A stretch of 17,849 nt of DNA. Origin: Selaginella moellendorffii (lineage: Eukaryota; Plantae; Lycopodiophyta). Below are positions 1 to 9,813 of the stretch, piece by piece; position 1 is the stretch's first letter; each line of letters starts with the position of its first letter. The notes below the pieces were generated by a model. The model searched no databases, was not told the origin of the DNA, and worked only from the letters and a program-made list of their open reading frames with translations. The stretch is taken from contig NW_003314470.1 of assembly GCF_000143415.4 (NCBI RefSeq), forward strand, positions 61,893-79,741. Reading direction: 5' to 3'. Both the position numbers and the translations under genes were made by a program.

Positions 1-720
1 TGGAGGTGTACAAGTGACCCTCAGCTCTGCAATGCATGCACATGGCCTCAAGTACGCAGCAATGCTGAAGGTGATGCACAAGTTTGGAATTCCTCCTCAC
101 AGGGTCAAGGTATACATTGTTACTACATCCGAACTTTACCCTGCAGCTGGCTATCAAAACTGGAGGAAGTCCAGGAACCTCGTGCTCCGAGATGAAAGAA
201 TCCTGCGGAGGCTAGTTGGGATCACTCAATACGTTCTGGATAGTGGAGTGTGAGTTGGGATGATTTCAGTGTTTTGCAATGAGTTTACCATTAAGCGCAA
301 AGCAGAATTCAGGAAATCGCGCATCTGATAGCAAAGGAGATGATGGCTGGATTGGGTACTGGAGATGCAAACCAGCAAATCACGTAGCAGCAGGAGACGA
401 CAATCAAAGATTGATATCAGATCCAGAAGCAGGAAAAGTATCATACTGGACGAAGAGACTGCAGAGCTCCCGAAACCACAGTCGGAACACACTTCTGTCA
501 TACCAAACGTGTTTGGAACGCCCCTTCCAGTTGCCCAGCAGTCACCCCGGTGAACTTCACCATCAACTCTGGATACTATTTACATAAGTTCAGAGCAATT
601 CTCTCCCCAGTACAAGTCCAAATTCAACTTCAAGCAGCAGGAGGACCACACAGCAGTCTGGATTTCCCTCTTAGATCTACGGAACCAAATAGATCTCAAG
701 CATGTTGACTCGGCTTTGAG
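1..720 (+). other. Coding-like fragment of unknown identity (possible host gene end or pseudogene)
   Basis: Short ORFs 14-253 and 365-553, with possible splice signals (GTATAC at 109, CTGCAG ending 146, GTGAGT near 250). No consistent splicing or recognisable domain found. Confidence 0.2.
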
Positions 721-1523
721 CCTAAATCATTTCTTTATCATTCAAAAACTGAAATGACAAAGAAAAAAAAAAAAAAAATCCATACAACTGCAACAAGCCA
801 CAAGCTCTCGCTTTCTTCACAATAAGATCAACAGCACTTATTGTATCATTAAATAATGTGAAGGCTTTTTCACTTGTCAATTTGTAAGTCTCTTTTTTTT
901 TGTGTTGATTATCAACTGTTTTGACCAGAACCAACGTTGTGTTCAGTATGTCAGTCACAATCTGAACATACATATTCACAAATGCTCGTTCCTGTTGTCA
1001 CCATTGCAACTGGGGCTGCTGCATGCACTCACCATAGTCACCGCTATGGTCTTGTATCACTTACCACTACCAACCAGCATCANNNNNNNNNNNNNNNNNN
1101 NNNNNNNNNNNNNNNNNNNNNNNNNNNNNNNNNNNNNNNNNNNNNNNNNNNNNNNNNNNNNNNNNNNNNNNNNNNNNNNNNNTCAAATGCATTTCCATAG
1201 CCATCAAGCTTAATAACCTAGCAGCCTAGGCAGCCTGGGATCTGAAAGTAAAGTCTTAATCAAACAAAAGAACTATGCATCTTGGTTTATAATGAGGTTG
1301 ATTTTAGAGTCTGGAAATGGCTGCTTTCAAAGAAGGCCTAGTAGATATATAAGCAATCTGCACACCAATGCTTGGCTTAAACTACGAAAATGTAGAGTTT
1401 CTATTTTATAGATTTTAACATATATAGCAGTGTGAGATATGAATATTTTGATTTGCTTGTATACATAAATGAATGGACAAGATTCAATCCAATTGTACTA
1501 ACATTAATATAATTACTTTGTAG

Positions 1524-1572
1524 TGTGTGTGTATATATGTATATATGTATACATACATACATACATACATAT
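1524..1572. repeat. (TG)/(TA)/(TACA)n microsatellite
   Basis: gtgtgtgtgtatatatgtatatatgtatacatacatacatacatacatat. Confidence 0.9.
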
Positions 1573-2409
1573 TGTAAGCCACAAATTTTTCCTTTCCAAT
1601 TTGCCAGCTCCTTGTCTATCCGACCAACATTGCCTTGGCTTATGCTAAGTTCCCTTGCCAAAGTTCTCGCCTATTGTACCAGCTTTTACTTGGTCCTACT
1701 TGGTTTCAGCTACTCACTGCACAAGCAACGGAGTGTTAACCATCCATCTACGGATTCCCAAATCTCTCCCAATCCCCCTCCCCGGGTTAGACTGGACTTA
1801 AGGTTCGGCTACACTCCCCGCAGGCACAAGCAGCCAAGCACACCAAGCCTCTAGGTTCCTAACACCCCTTGGTATAACAAGACTTGATCATGGGACCCTC
1901 TAAATCCCAAGCCTTGGGTGCAGCACTTGCTTCGGGACGTCGGGGCGAAACACCGTGGCCTAACGGCCCGGTATGGGTACCTCTACCCCCCCACTTCCAT
2001 CCCGAAGGGAAGGTCCAAGCCCCTAGGAAGGGCGAGGACTAATGAGCCGCATGGTACTCAAGTGGGGCACCACTCCACATGAGCCGGGAGCACCGCAATT
2101 GGTTTCCCTTTCGGGAGTGGGAGCTGCTCTTGAGCACTTCCTTGGATGGCCCCTTCGGCACCAACCAAGTCCATGCTCACTCCCACCCAAGGCCCCTCGG
2201 TCCCAGTCTCAACCTCAAGTCAGTTTGNNNNNNNNNNNNNNNNNNNNNNNNNNNNNNNNNNNNNNNNNNNNNNNNNNNNNNNNNNNNNNNNNNNNNNNNN
2301 NNNNNNNNNNNNNNNNNNNNNNNNNNNCCCCCTGCAGCCCCCCCCCCCCTGGGAGACGCACGCTTTGGGCTTTCACCCCTTGACCCGTATTAGTATTTGG
2401 ACTTAGTCT

Positions 2410-2660
2410 TTGGCTCGATCTCGGACTCGATTTCGGATCCGACTTCGGATTCGGTCTCGGACTCGATCTCGGACCTGATCTCGGACCCGACCTCGGACTC
2501 GACCTCGGACTCGGTCTCGGACCCGATTTCGGATCTCGGACTCGGTCTCGAACTCGGTCTCGAACTCGGTCCCCGAGTCAGCCTCGGACTCGATTCCGGA
2601 CTCTATATTGAACTCGGTCTCCGAGTCAGTCTTGGACTCGATCTTCGACTTGGTCCCATC
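2410..2660. repeat. (TCGGAC/TCGGTC)n-derived tandem repeat tract
   Basis: Degenerate hexamer and 12-mer units tcggactcgatc, tcggtctcggac; explains the low-complexity ORFs on both strands. Confidence 0.9.
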
Positions 2661-3977
2661 CGATGAACTCTTTGACATTTTGGTCATGCTTTCAGGGTTC
2701 CTTTAGCCTACGACACCTCAACGAGTTGTTTCCTTACAACTCCACCACCCATAGAAGAAGTTCAATGCCCACATCGAACGTCTCTTTTTTATCCTACGAC
2801 TTGTTGATCATGTCTCCGGGGGCATCCCCCCACTTAGTGGTGTGCCTAAGTTAGCCTCCCCGGCCAAGAGCCCATGACAATGGAATATAGGTGTCCCTAT
2901 ACTCCTCACCTCACCACGCCCTAGTATGGGGTCGGGACTTGAACCCAGCTTTGCTTTACTAGGGGGTTGGGACTCGAACCCAACTGTAAGCGACTAATTT
3001 TTCCATTCTACTTTAGTCACTTAACCACACCTCCGACCACTTGGAGGAGTCTCAATCACAACCTCCATAAGTCCTATTTCAGACTTGGGCTTGCTAGCCC
3101 CGAGAATGGCATCCCCGCCACTCAACTTTTGCACTTGGTCCAAGTGCTCCACGTGTCTGATCCCATGACCGACACTCAAAGGTACCACCGACATAGCAGC
3201 CCGTTACGCTAAGGCCATGCCCAATCACCTTTGCCACACTGGTAGTCCAATACCACTTGCATCACCGTCTTGGCTCTCCAAGACTAGGCAAACCTTCCGT
3301 GAGTGGTCATCTCAGATTCACTCCTTAGCATCCTTAGGATGCCCACCGACAAGGGGAATATCCTTCCCCAATATCCCTCTGTCAGTCCCCACTAAGTCCC
3401 TTTCTGCCCCTGGCCGTGTTTGCCGACACTGCCACTGGATCGAGGCCCACAGGCCCGACCACTAAGTCCCACGGTCCTCTGGGACTTCCTCACCACACGA
3501 CTGTGTCCTTGGTCACTACCCCAGAGGACTGCTCCTCTTCCTTTCCACAGTCTGGGCCTTTGGGACAACATTTCGGAACACCGTGGCCTTACGCGAGCCA
3601 CCTGGGTACTCTCCTCACCTTCTGCCCTTGGGTGCTCTAGCCATGGGCTTAGAGCGGGTTCTGTTGAGCCACACCAGGTATTCAAGTAGGTAGTGCCACC
3701 CACACTTGGACTGGGAGCATCGGCCAGTCGATCTCTCGGGGAACTAGAGCCGGCTCTTGAACACTTCACCAAGCTACCCCGCTTGTCGGTCTGTGTTCAC
3801 TCTAGTCTTGGACTTCCCAGTGGGCAGCTCATCACCCAACACTGGGTCCGGCCTTCCTGGGCCAAACTGGCCTTTCCTGGCCAAACTGGCTCCACTGCAG
3901 TCCTCCCCCTACTATACTTTTGGAGCTCACCAAACCCCCCAGGGTCTGGGAGACGAACGCTTTGGGCTTTCACCCTC

Positions 3978-4525
3978 TCAGACTCGAACTCGGACTCAGA
4001 CTCGGACTCGGACTCGGACTCGGACTCGGACTCGGACTCGGACTCGGGCTCGGTCTCGGCCTCGGCCTCGGTCTCGTTCTCGGTCCCGATCTTGGTCTTG
4101 GTCTCGGTCTCGGTCCCGGTCTCGGTCTCGACTTCGGACTCCATCTCGGACTCCATCTCGGACTCCATCTCGGACTCCATCTCGGGTCCATCTCGGACTC
4201 CATCTCGGGTCCATCTCGGACTCCATTTCGGGTCCATCTCGGACTCCATCTCGGGTCCATCTCGGACTCCATCTCGGACTCCATTTCGGGTCCATCTCGG
4301 GTCCACCTCGGACTCCATCTCAGACTCCATTTCGGGTCCATCTCGGGTCCACCTTAGACTCCATCTTGGGTCCATCTCGGACTCCACTTCGGACTCCAAC
4401 TCAGGTCCATCTCGGGTCCACCTCGGACTCCATCTTGGGTCCATCTCGGACTCCACTTCAGACTCCAACTCAGGTCCATCTCGGACTCCACTTCAGACTC
4501 CAACTCGAGTCCATCTCGGACACTT
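3978..4525. repeat. (TCGGAC)n microsatellite grading into (TCGGACTCCATC/TCGGGTCCATC)n minisatellite
   Basis: Pure hexamers ~3980-4045, then TCGGTC units to ~4130, then 12/11-bp units to ~4520. Confidence 0.95.
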
Positions 4526-4915
4526 CCACATGTCATGTGTTGGTCCTTTTGGGTCCCTTTTTGGAGCCTCGCTTTTTGCTCGCTTCGTGCTCGTTCCTTG
4601 AGCACTTCGTTGGGAGTTCCACTCCCGCTCTTGACTTTTCAAGTCGGAGCTTTTGGTCCAAACGTGTTACGCTCGTTTGGCTCTCGCTTCAGCCACTACC
4701 ATATGGCACCCTTTCCGGCTCCACTTTGGGGCCTAGGGATTTTGTGTCTCACACCGACCTCCATAGAATACGTCTACGGGTTCGACATCCCCGCAGGGAG
4801 TCGGGCGTAGCTCCCTATGCCTGGTCGACCTAGCTAACCCATGCTAATTAGCTTACCTTCGGCGCGCCTTCGGGTCTCAACATATGACATTGCTCAACTT
4901 CTCAAATTGATACTT

Positions 4916-5746
4916 TTAATTGAACTTTGCATAAGTACATAGAGTTCTGCCTTGCAGAAATTCCTCCACTAGATCTCGCGCATTCGCTAGGTTCTCCTCC
5001 GGTTCCCATGTTGCTTCACAGTGTGGAAATCCTTTCCACTTCACATGGAACTCTCTCACCTCGCGTCCTTGTCACTTGCTCTTGCGCGCATTGAGGATGG
5101 CGTCCACTTCGTATTCCTCTTCCCCTTGGATAACCTCAGGTAAAGGTCTTACTTGGTCCTTGCGAAGTGGATCCTCAAAATACGGCTTGAGTAAGTTGAC
5201 ATGGAACACAGGATGTATCTTCCCCATCTCTCGAAGAAGTCGGAGACAGTAAGCCACTTTACCGATTCGAGCCTCAATCTCGTAAGGCCCCGCGAACCTG
5301 CTTAAGGAACTCAAGATCAATTCATTTACAGGAATACATGCATTTTTACCTTTGGGTCAACTTTCGGCTGATCCCACTTGGTAGCCTGAGGTTCTTGGTG
5401 TTCAGCCACACCTTCTCCCCAGCTTGGAACTCTACGTCCCGGTGCTTCTGGTTCGCGTACTTGGTTTTCCTTTGTTGCGCCCGTTCCAAGGAATCCCTCA
5501 CTAGATTCCAAATGTTGAGTCTTTCCGCCGTGAATGTGTCCACTGCCACTCTTGAATAGTGTCTGATAAACTTTCGGTAGTAGTTGCATAGCCCCAAGAA
5601 CGCACTCAACTCATGTACATTCGATGGTCGCTCCCATTCCTAGATCACTTGGACCTTCTCCGGGTCCACCTTGAGCCCGTCTTGGCCCACCACATGCCCG
5701 AGAAACTTTACCTCTTGTTGAGCAAAGTCACATTTGCTCTCTTAAG
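4916..5746 (-). mobile_element. Ty3/gypsy chromovirus pol remnant (RT C-terminus, internal deletion, integrase C-terminus, chromodomain)
   Basis: Minus strand reads [28 protein letters not shown] and FLGLCNYYRKFI (RT/connection), then jumps to RAQQRKTKYANQKHRDVEFQAGEKVWL..KLTQRFAGPY..IHPVFHVNLLKPY (integrase C-term) and EYEVDAIL..FHVKWKGFPHCEATWEPEENL (chromodomain). In-frame stops present; RNase H and integrase core missing. Confidence 0.93.
5298..5349 (-). other. 52-bp GT-AG intron-like insertion in gypsy integrase
   Basis: Minus strand CAAAG|GTAAAA...AAGCAG|GTTCGCG; removal restores KLTQRFAGPY in frame. Confidence 0.7.
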
Positions 5747-6403
5747 CTCTATTTCGTTAAAGTGGGATTTATTCAGTAAAATGGGACTAGGTACAAATTT
5801 TCAAGTATTTGAAAATGACGTGAAATTATATGTTTTTTGTCCAGGGGCTAGACATATCTGGGGCATGGTGACTAGCGCGGTGACTTTGTGTCCAGACTGA
5901 GTCCATCTGGTTGTATAATAAATCTCATTGTCAAGGTGAACAAGCCGAATCTGAAGCTAAAGAAGAGTGATGGCATGCGCGCACACACTATTTGTTTGTT
6001 CATTGAGCGTGTGGTGAGCTTTCCAAGATGAACGTCATTCCTATTAGCCAGACATATAACTTAATGGTGAGAACATTTAGATATTATTCAATGTTATCCT
6101 TTTCTAACGAATCTAATTGTGAAGGTGTAGCAAGAGGCATTGCTAGTCTGGAGAAGTCATTTAACTCATTTGACCCTTAGTGTATTTTCATGAAACTAAA
6201 TAACATTCATATTATTAAGGAATTTCTCTAGTACCTTTTTTTTACGACATAGAGGCTTGCATTTCTTTCAAAGGTGATTTAGTAAAAGGCCTGAGGGCAC
6301 ATGCCATTCTATTTCTCAGACCGGTATTAAGATATACTAGTGCAAAGGGAAAAAGGTATTTGGTGATCAAGTAAATGGCATGAGGGCACACGCCATTATA
6401 AGC

Positions 6404-6661
6404 CTAAGCGCTAGTGGACACCTCCTTTTTGGTACTCTCAGCGGTACTATCATCCTTCTCCGGGTCAGTTGTTTTGCTTTGGATTGTTGTCTCTGACGTT
6501 ACTGGGGCGTTCTCGATAGTTGTTAATGTTGCCGTTTGTTCAGAAAAATGATCACCTGGAGTATAGTACGGGGAGTTTGGAAGATTTATATATTCTACAT
6601 CTTCACCTATCTCCTTCTCCGTCTCCTTTTCTGCCTCACTTACAGATTTTGTGCTTGCCAT
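6404..6661 (-). CDS. Small acidic/Thr-rich hypothetical protein (85 aa), probably disordered
   Basis: MASTKSVSEAEKETEKEIGEDVEYINLPNSPYYTPGDH...; coding-like composition within AT-rich flanks; bracketed by palindromes. No recognisable homology. Confidence 0.35.
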   Translation of the reverse strand: MASTKSVSEAEKETEKEIGEDVEYINLPNSPYYTPGDHFSEQTATLTTIENAPVTSETTIQSKTTDPEKDDSTAESTKKEVSTSA

Positions 6662-6868
6662 GAGAACGCTCTTCACCCTAAAATATGGAGTTCGTTGTGT
6701 TATAAAAGGAAACCAACACACACGCTACAAGGGAATGATGGTACATAAAGCACGTAAGCCCACAATATGGGTTTATGTGCCATTAATATGGGCCACACGC
6801 CATATTATTAGATTTATGCACGTGTGATTGGTAAATGCATATGTCACATCATCTCAGGCCACATGCCA

Positions 6869-8927
6869 TCACGCCTCCTCTGATTCAGATTCGGATTGTT
6901 CACCTTGAAATAAAATACATTAGAAACTTAGTAAAGGAATATTAATGAATCTCACCTTGAACCCGGGTTATGAATGCTCTTGCTGCATCTCTTGCATGGT
7001 CTGGCAAGGTGATGGTGGCACTCTGCTTCCGCATCCAACCATGCACAACATTATCCACCGATATGCTCATGCTGGGATCCCTTGGATTCAGCACCCATCT
7101 CTTTTCTAGGCAATCCTTCGTATATCCGGAACTTGGCTTGAACCACTCCACAGTTACATTGAAGGAGTTAGTTTCCGCGTCCTCCTCTACATCAGTGATG
7201 CAGTGCCCCACCCATATCATTTGTTTTTTATTACTTGGTCTGACAAGCACGACCATTCCTTTGCAGACCTGTACTGGATTGAATGCTGAATCCGGCTTCT
7301 TGTTCCTCGGCCCACAATAGTGATCCTCAACATCGTTATCTGTCACTGCATTTCCAGAGGACATTGTTCCGCTACTATCTAGTGCTCTGGGTTCTGGCCA
7401 AAAGGACTCTTCCAATTCTTCATATACAACCGGCCCATTTTGGATAGCAGATATAATCTTCTCCCAGTATTCGAGCAAAGGCTTGCACCTCTGAAAATAG
7501 GATTCTCCACCAAACACCAACCCCCTCTTCCAGAAGGCAATATGCTGTCTAATCCCGGCCACTATACTTTCCTGGTCTTTGAGTCCATCCGGGTGCATCG
7601 GCCGTGGGGAACCCTGAGGAATCATAGGTTCCCTAGTTATGGGATCTCTCTTGAAGAGTTCAATGCCGTCCACTGGCAGCCACGCTGTGTCCCATTCTCT
7701 CATCTTGTACCTCATCACTGGAGCACCGTCACACATGCTGAAATGAAACTGAAGAGGCTTGGAGTGGCCAATCAGCATTTCGGATCCGTCCCTGATGTAG
7801 CCTCTTACAAACCCCTTAAAGTCTGGAACCTCTGTCAGAAGTGCAGCTTCAACAGTGCCTTTGATGCAATTTTGGAATTCATCGTAGAGTTGTGGGAGGG
7901 TGAGGACATTGGATCGCCGGAGGGACTCTGCCAGGTGACTGAACATGGCATCGACGTCTTCATGAGTGTGCCCAACCATGAGAAAGCCAAGTGTAACCGT
8001 TTCAAATATGCCTTTGGCAACAAGCATCGCCAAGTACGCGAAGACGTACATGTTTTTGTTCTCACTGCCAGCATTGTCTGTTTGGAGTAGAAGATGGGGT
8101 GGAAGGCCACATCGGCCGCAAGAACTTCCTTGAGATTCTGCTTCGTTTGGATGAGGCTGTGCATTCACCGGGCGACCAGCCTCGTCGGAATGGCATGAGG
8201 CCTCACGTGATAACCCTACAATCTGACGGCCAACATATTCATTGGGATGGCATGGGGCCCCACGCGATACTGCAAGCCTTTGCTCCTCCTCTAGCTGAAC
8301 CCTGTATGGGGTTCGATCGACAAGGGCCTTATGCAAGGGTTGGCTGTTCAGCTCAGTCTGCGCACTTTGCAGAGACCTTAAGTGTTTTGCTAGGGACGCA
8401 ATCATCATGTTTGCACCCCCGCCACCCCATAGAGGTACAAAGAAGTTCCCATAGTTCTGGGCACCATGCCCATGAGCGATTATGCCAAACAGAGACACAG
8501 GCAGCTGCATGGATGAAGAGATTGCCTTGGGGGCAGGATTGAGTCGAGGTAAGCACGTCTTTTTCTGGTCCATTTTGTCGTGGATGATGCAGAGGTAAGA
8601 GTCAGGTCTCTCCATGGAGAGAATCTTGTTATGATAATATGCAGTCCTGCAGCTTCTCTGCTCGATGTTGTGGTCGAGCCGCCTTCTAACCAACGTCTCT
8701 CGCTCTTGAGCGCTGCAAGAATTCTTCGACAAAGCCATTTTGATAGCAGTGCACTCGTCACACTTTGAAAAGCTGGAGTACTTTCCTATACTCACATCCC
8801 TGAACCTGTTGCTCCACAATCTACTAAATCTAGATTGGCTCAGCTTCTTGTAGCCATTACTCTGGAGTTCCCGATTCACATCTTCCAATTCAAACCTCCA
8901 TCGCCATTTTCTGCCTTTTCGGTTCAT
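6869..8927 (-). CDS. DDD-type DNA transposase, Sola1/DUF7869-like, with C-terminal beta-rich domain
   Basis: 661-aa ORF (6942-8927) with FSKCDEC, IIHDKMDQKKTCLP (D1), LLLQTDNAGSENKN (D2, ~8076), FLMVGHTHEDVDAMFS (D3, ~7950-7975). Probable last intron 6904-6955 (52 bp GT-AG) and terminal exon GEQSESESEEA* ending 6869. Confidence 0.85.
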
Positions 8928-9303
8928 TGCTCAGATTCCTTTGGCTGCGCTTTAGGAAGGTGTACTTTCTTTTCCCATGAAGAGATGTTCTGTCATCAAT
9001 TGTAGTGGTGTTTGATTGTGAATCCTTCACATTCTCAAACACTAAGTGCCTCAATTTCCACCGCACAATGCTTCCAATAGTCAGACTATTTTCTTCTATG
9101 TCAACAACCTCTAAAATCGCAACTCCAATATCATCCCAGCCCAATTCTTGATTAGCAACCGCATCTCTTGGATCGACAACTGTGGCTAAGCCCTCAGCTA
9201 CCACCTCCCCCTCGGGGTTGTTTAGAAACACCTTTGCCTGAATCCATGTAGCACGGTTCTTAAGATCCACGGAGGGAACATACGTCGCACTTGCGGAGGC
9301 CAT
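8890..9303 (-). CDS. Probable N-terminal part of the transposase gene (frameshifted), with TNP1/EnSpm-accessory-like domain and NLS
   Basis: VFLNNPEGEVVAEG..DP..VANQELGWDDIGVAILEV..GSIVRW pattern resembles the CACTA TNP1-like domain; basic KRKY..KR..KRQK stretch; ATG preceded by a splice acceptor (TTTCAG ending 9305). Overlaps the transposase ORF in another frame. Confidence 0.55.
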   Translation of the reverse strand: MASASATYVPSVDLKNRATWIQAKVFLNNPEGEVVAEGLATVVDPRDAVANQELGWDDIGVAILEVVDIEENSLTIGSIVRWKLRHLVFENVKDSQSNTTTIDDRTSLHGKRKYTFLKRSQRNLSNEPKRQKMAMEV

Positions 9304-9583
9304 TCTGAAAGTGCAGAAAAGAAGTTAAGACCATACAAAAAATGATTGGAGAATGGCCTAAATCATAACATACCAAACAACCTCAATAGCATGAGGCCAC
9401 ATGCCATTATTCAAACATGCTATTGACACCCACGTGAAATTTCGCATTCACAAAATTGGCATGAGGCCTCATGCCATCTTGATAAACACACAGCTACAGG
9501 CAGGTAAAGAAACTATTGGCAATATGCTAGTGATGAACTTGCAAGCCCCAAGATGGCATGAGCCCTCATACCATTAGTGGTAC

Positions 9584-9750
9584 CGTAGCGCCGCTCGCAC
9601 CACCGCAACTGCTCGTAGCGCCGCTCGCACAAACTGCCACTCGCATAAACTGCCGCTCGCAATGGCGCTCGCAATGCCGCAACCGCTCGTAGACGCATAA
9701 ACCACAGCTCACAATGCCGCTTACACAAGCAGCGCTCACTGCGCTCAGCA
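9584..9750. repeat. GC-rich degenerate tandem repeat (gccgctcgca/cgtagcgccgctcgcac units)
   Basis: cgtagcgccgctcgcac at 9584 and 9614, with further ctcgca units; lies upstream of the transposase 5' end. Confidence 0.7.
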
Positions 9751-9813
9751 GAACCAAGAACACGGCGCACAAAAATGATAGACCTAGGAATGAGTTCGAG
9801 AATTCAAAAATAA

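Larger units (their letters stand above)
1573..4882. mobile_element. Non-coding LTR-like/retroelement-derived repeat with two diverged internal direct copies
   Basis: Begins TGT (1573) and ends ACA (4882). Blocks ~1930-2690 and ~3560-4560 share ordered motifs (acaccgtggcct.acg; gctcttga.cacttc; ctgggagacg.acgctttgggctttcaccc; then TCGGAC tracts). Boundaries uncertain, no clean 5-bp TSD. Confidence 0.4.

Noticed and set aside
902-2406. ORFs spanning N runs
   Set aside because: Artefacts of assembly gaps at 1083-1182 and 2228-2327.
3693-4833. Long overlapping ORFs (302, 358, 223 aa) with SR/SD/RT repeats
   Set aside because: Products of stop-free TCGGAC repeats, open in nearly all frames; not SR proteins.
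1568-4887. Solo LTR with 5-bp TSD
   Set aside because: CATAT flanks only if the right end is 4880, which loses the terminal CA; with TG..CA ends only TAT is shared. Left as low confidence.
7440-8761. Antisense and alternative-frame ORFs over the transposase
   Set aside because: Shadow ORFs of a real coding region with no motifs.
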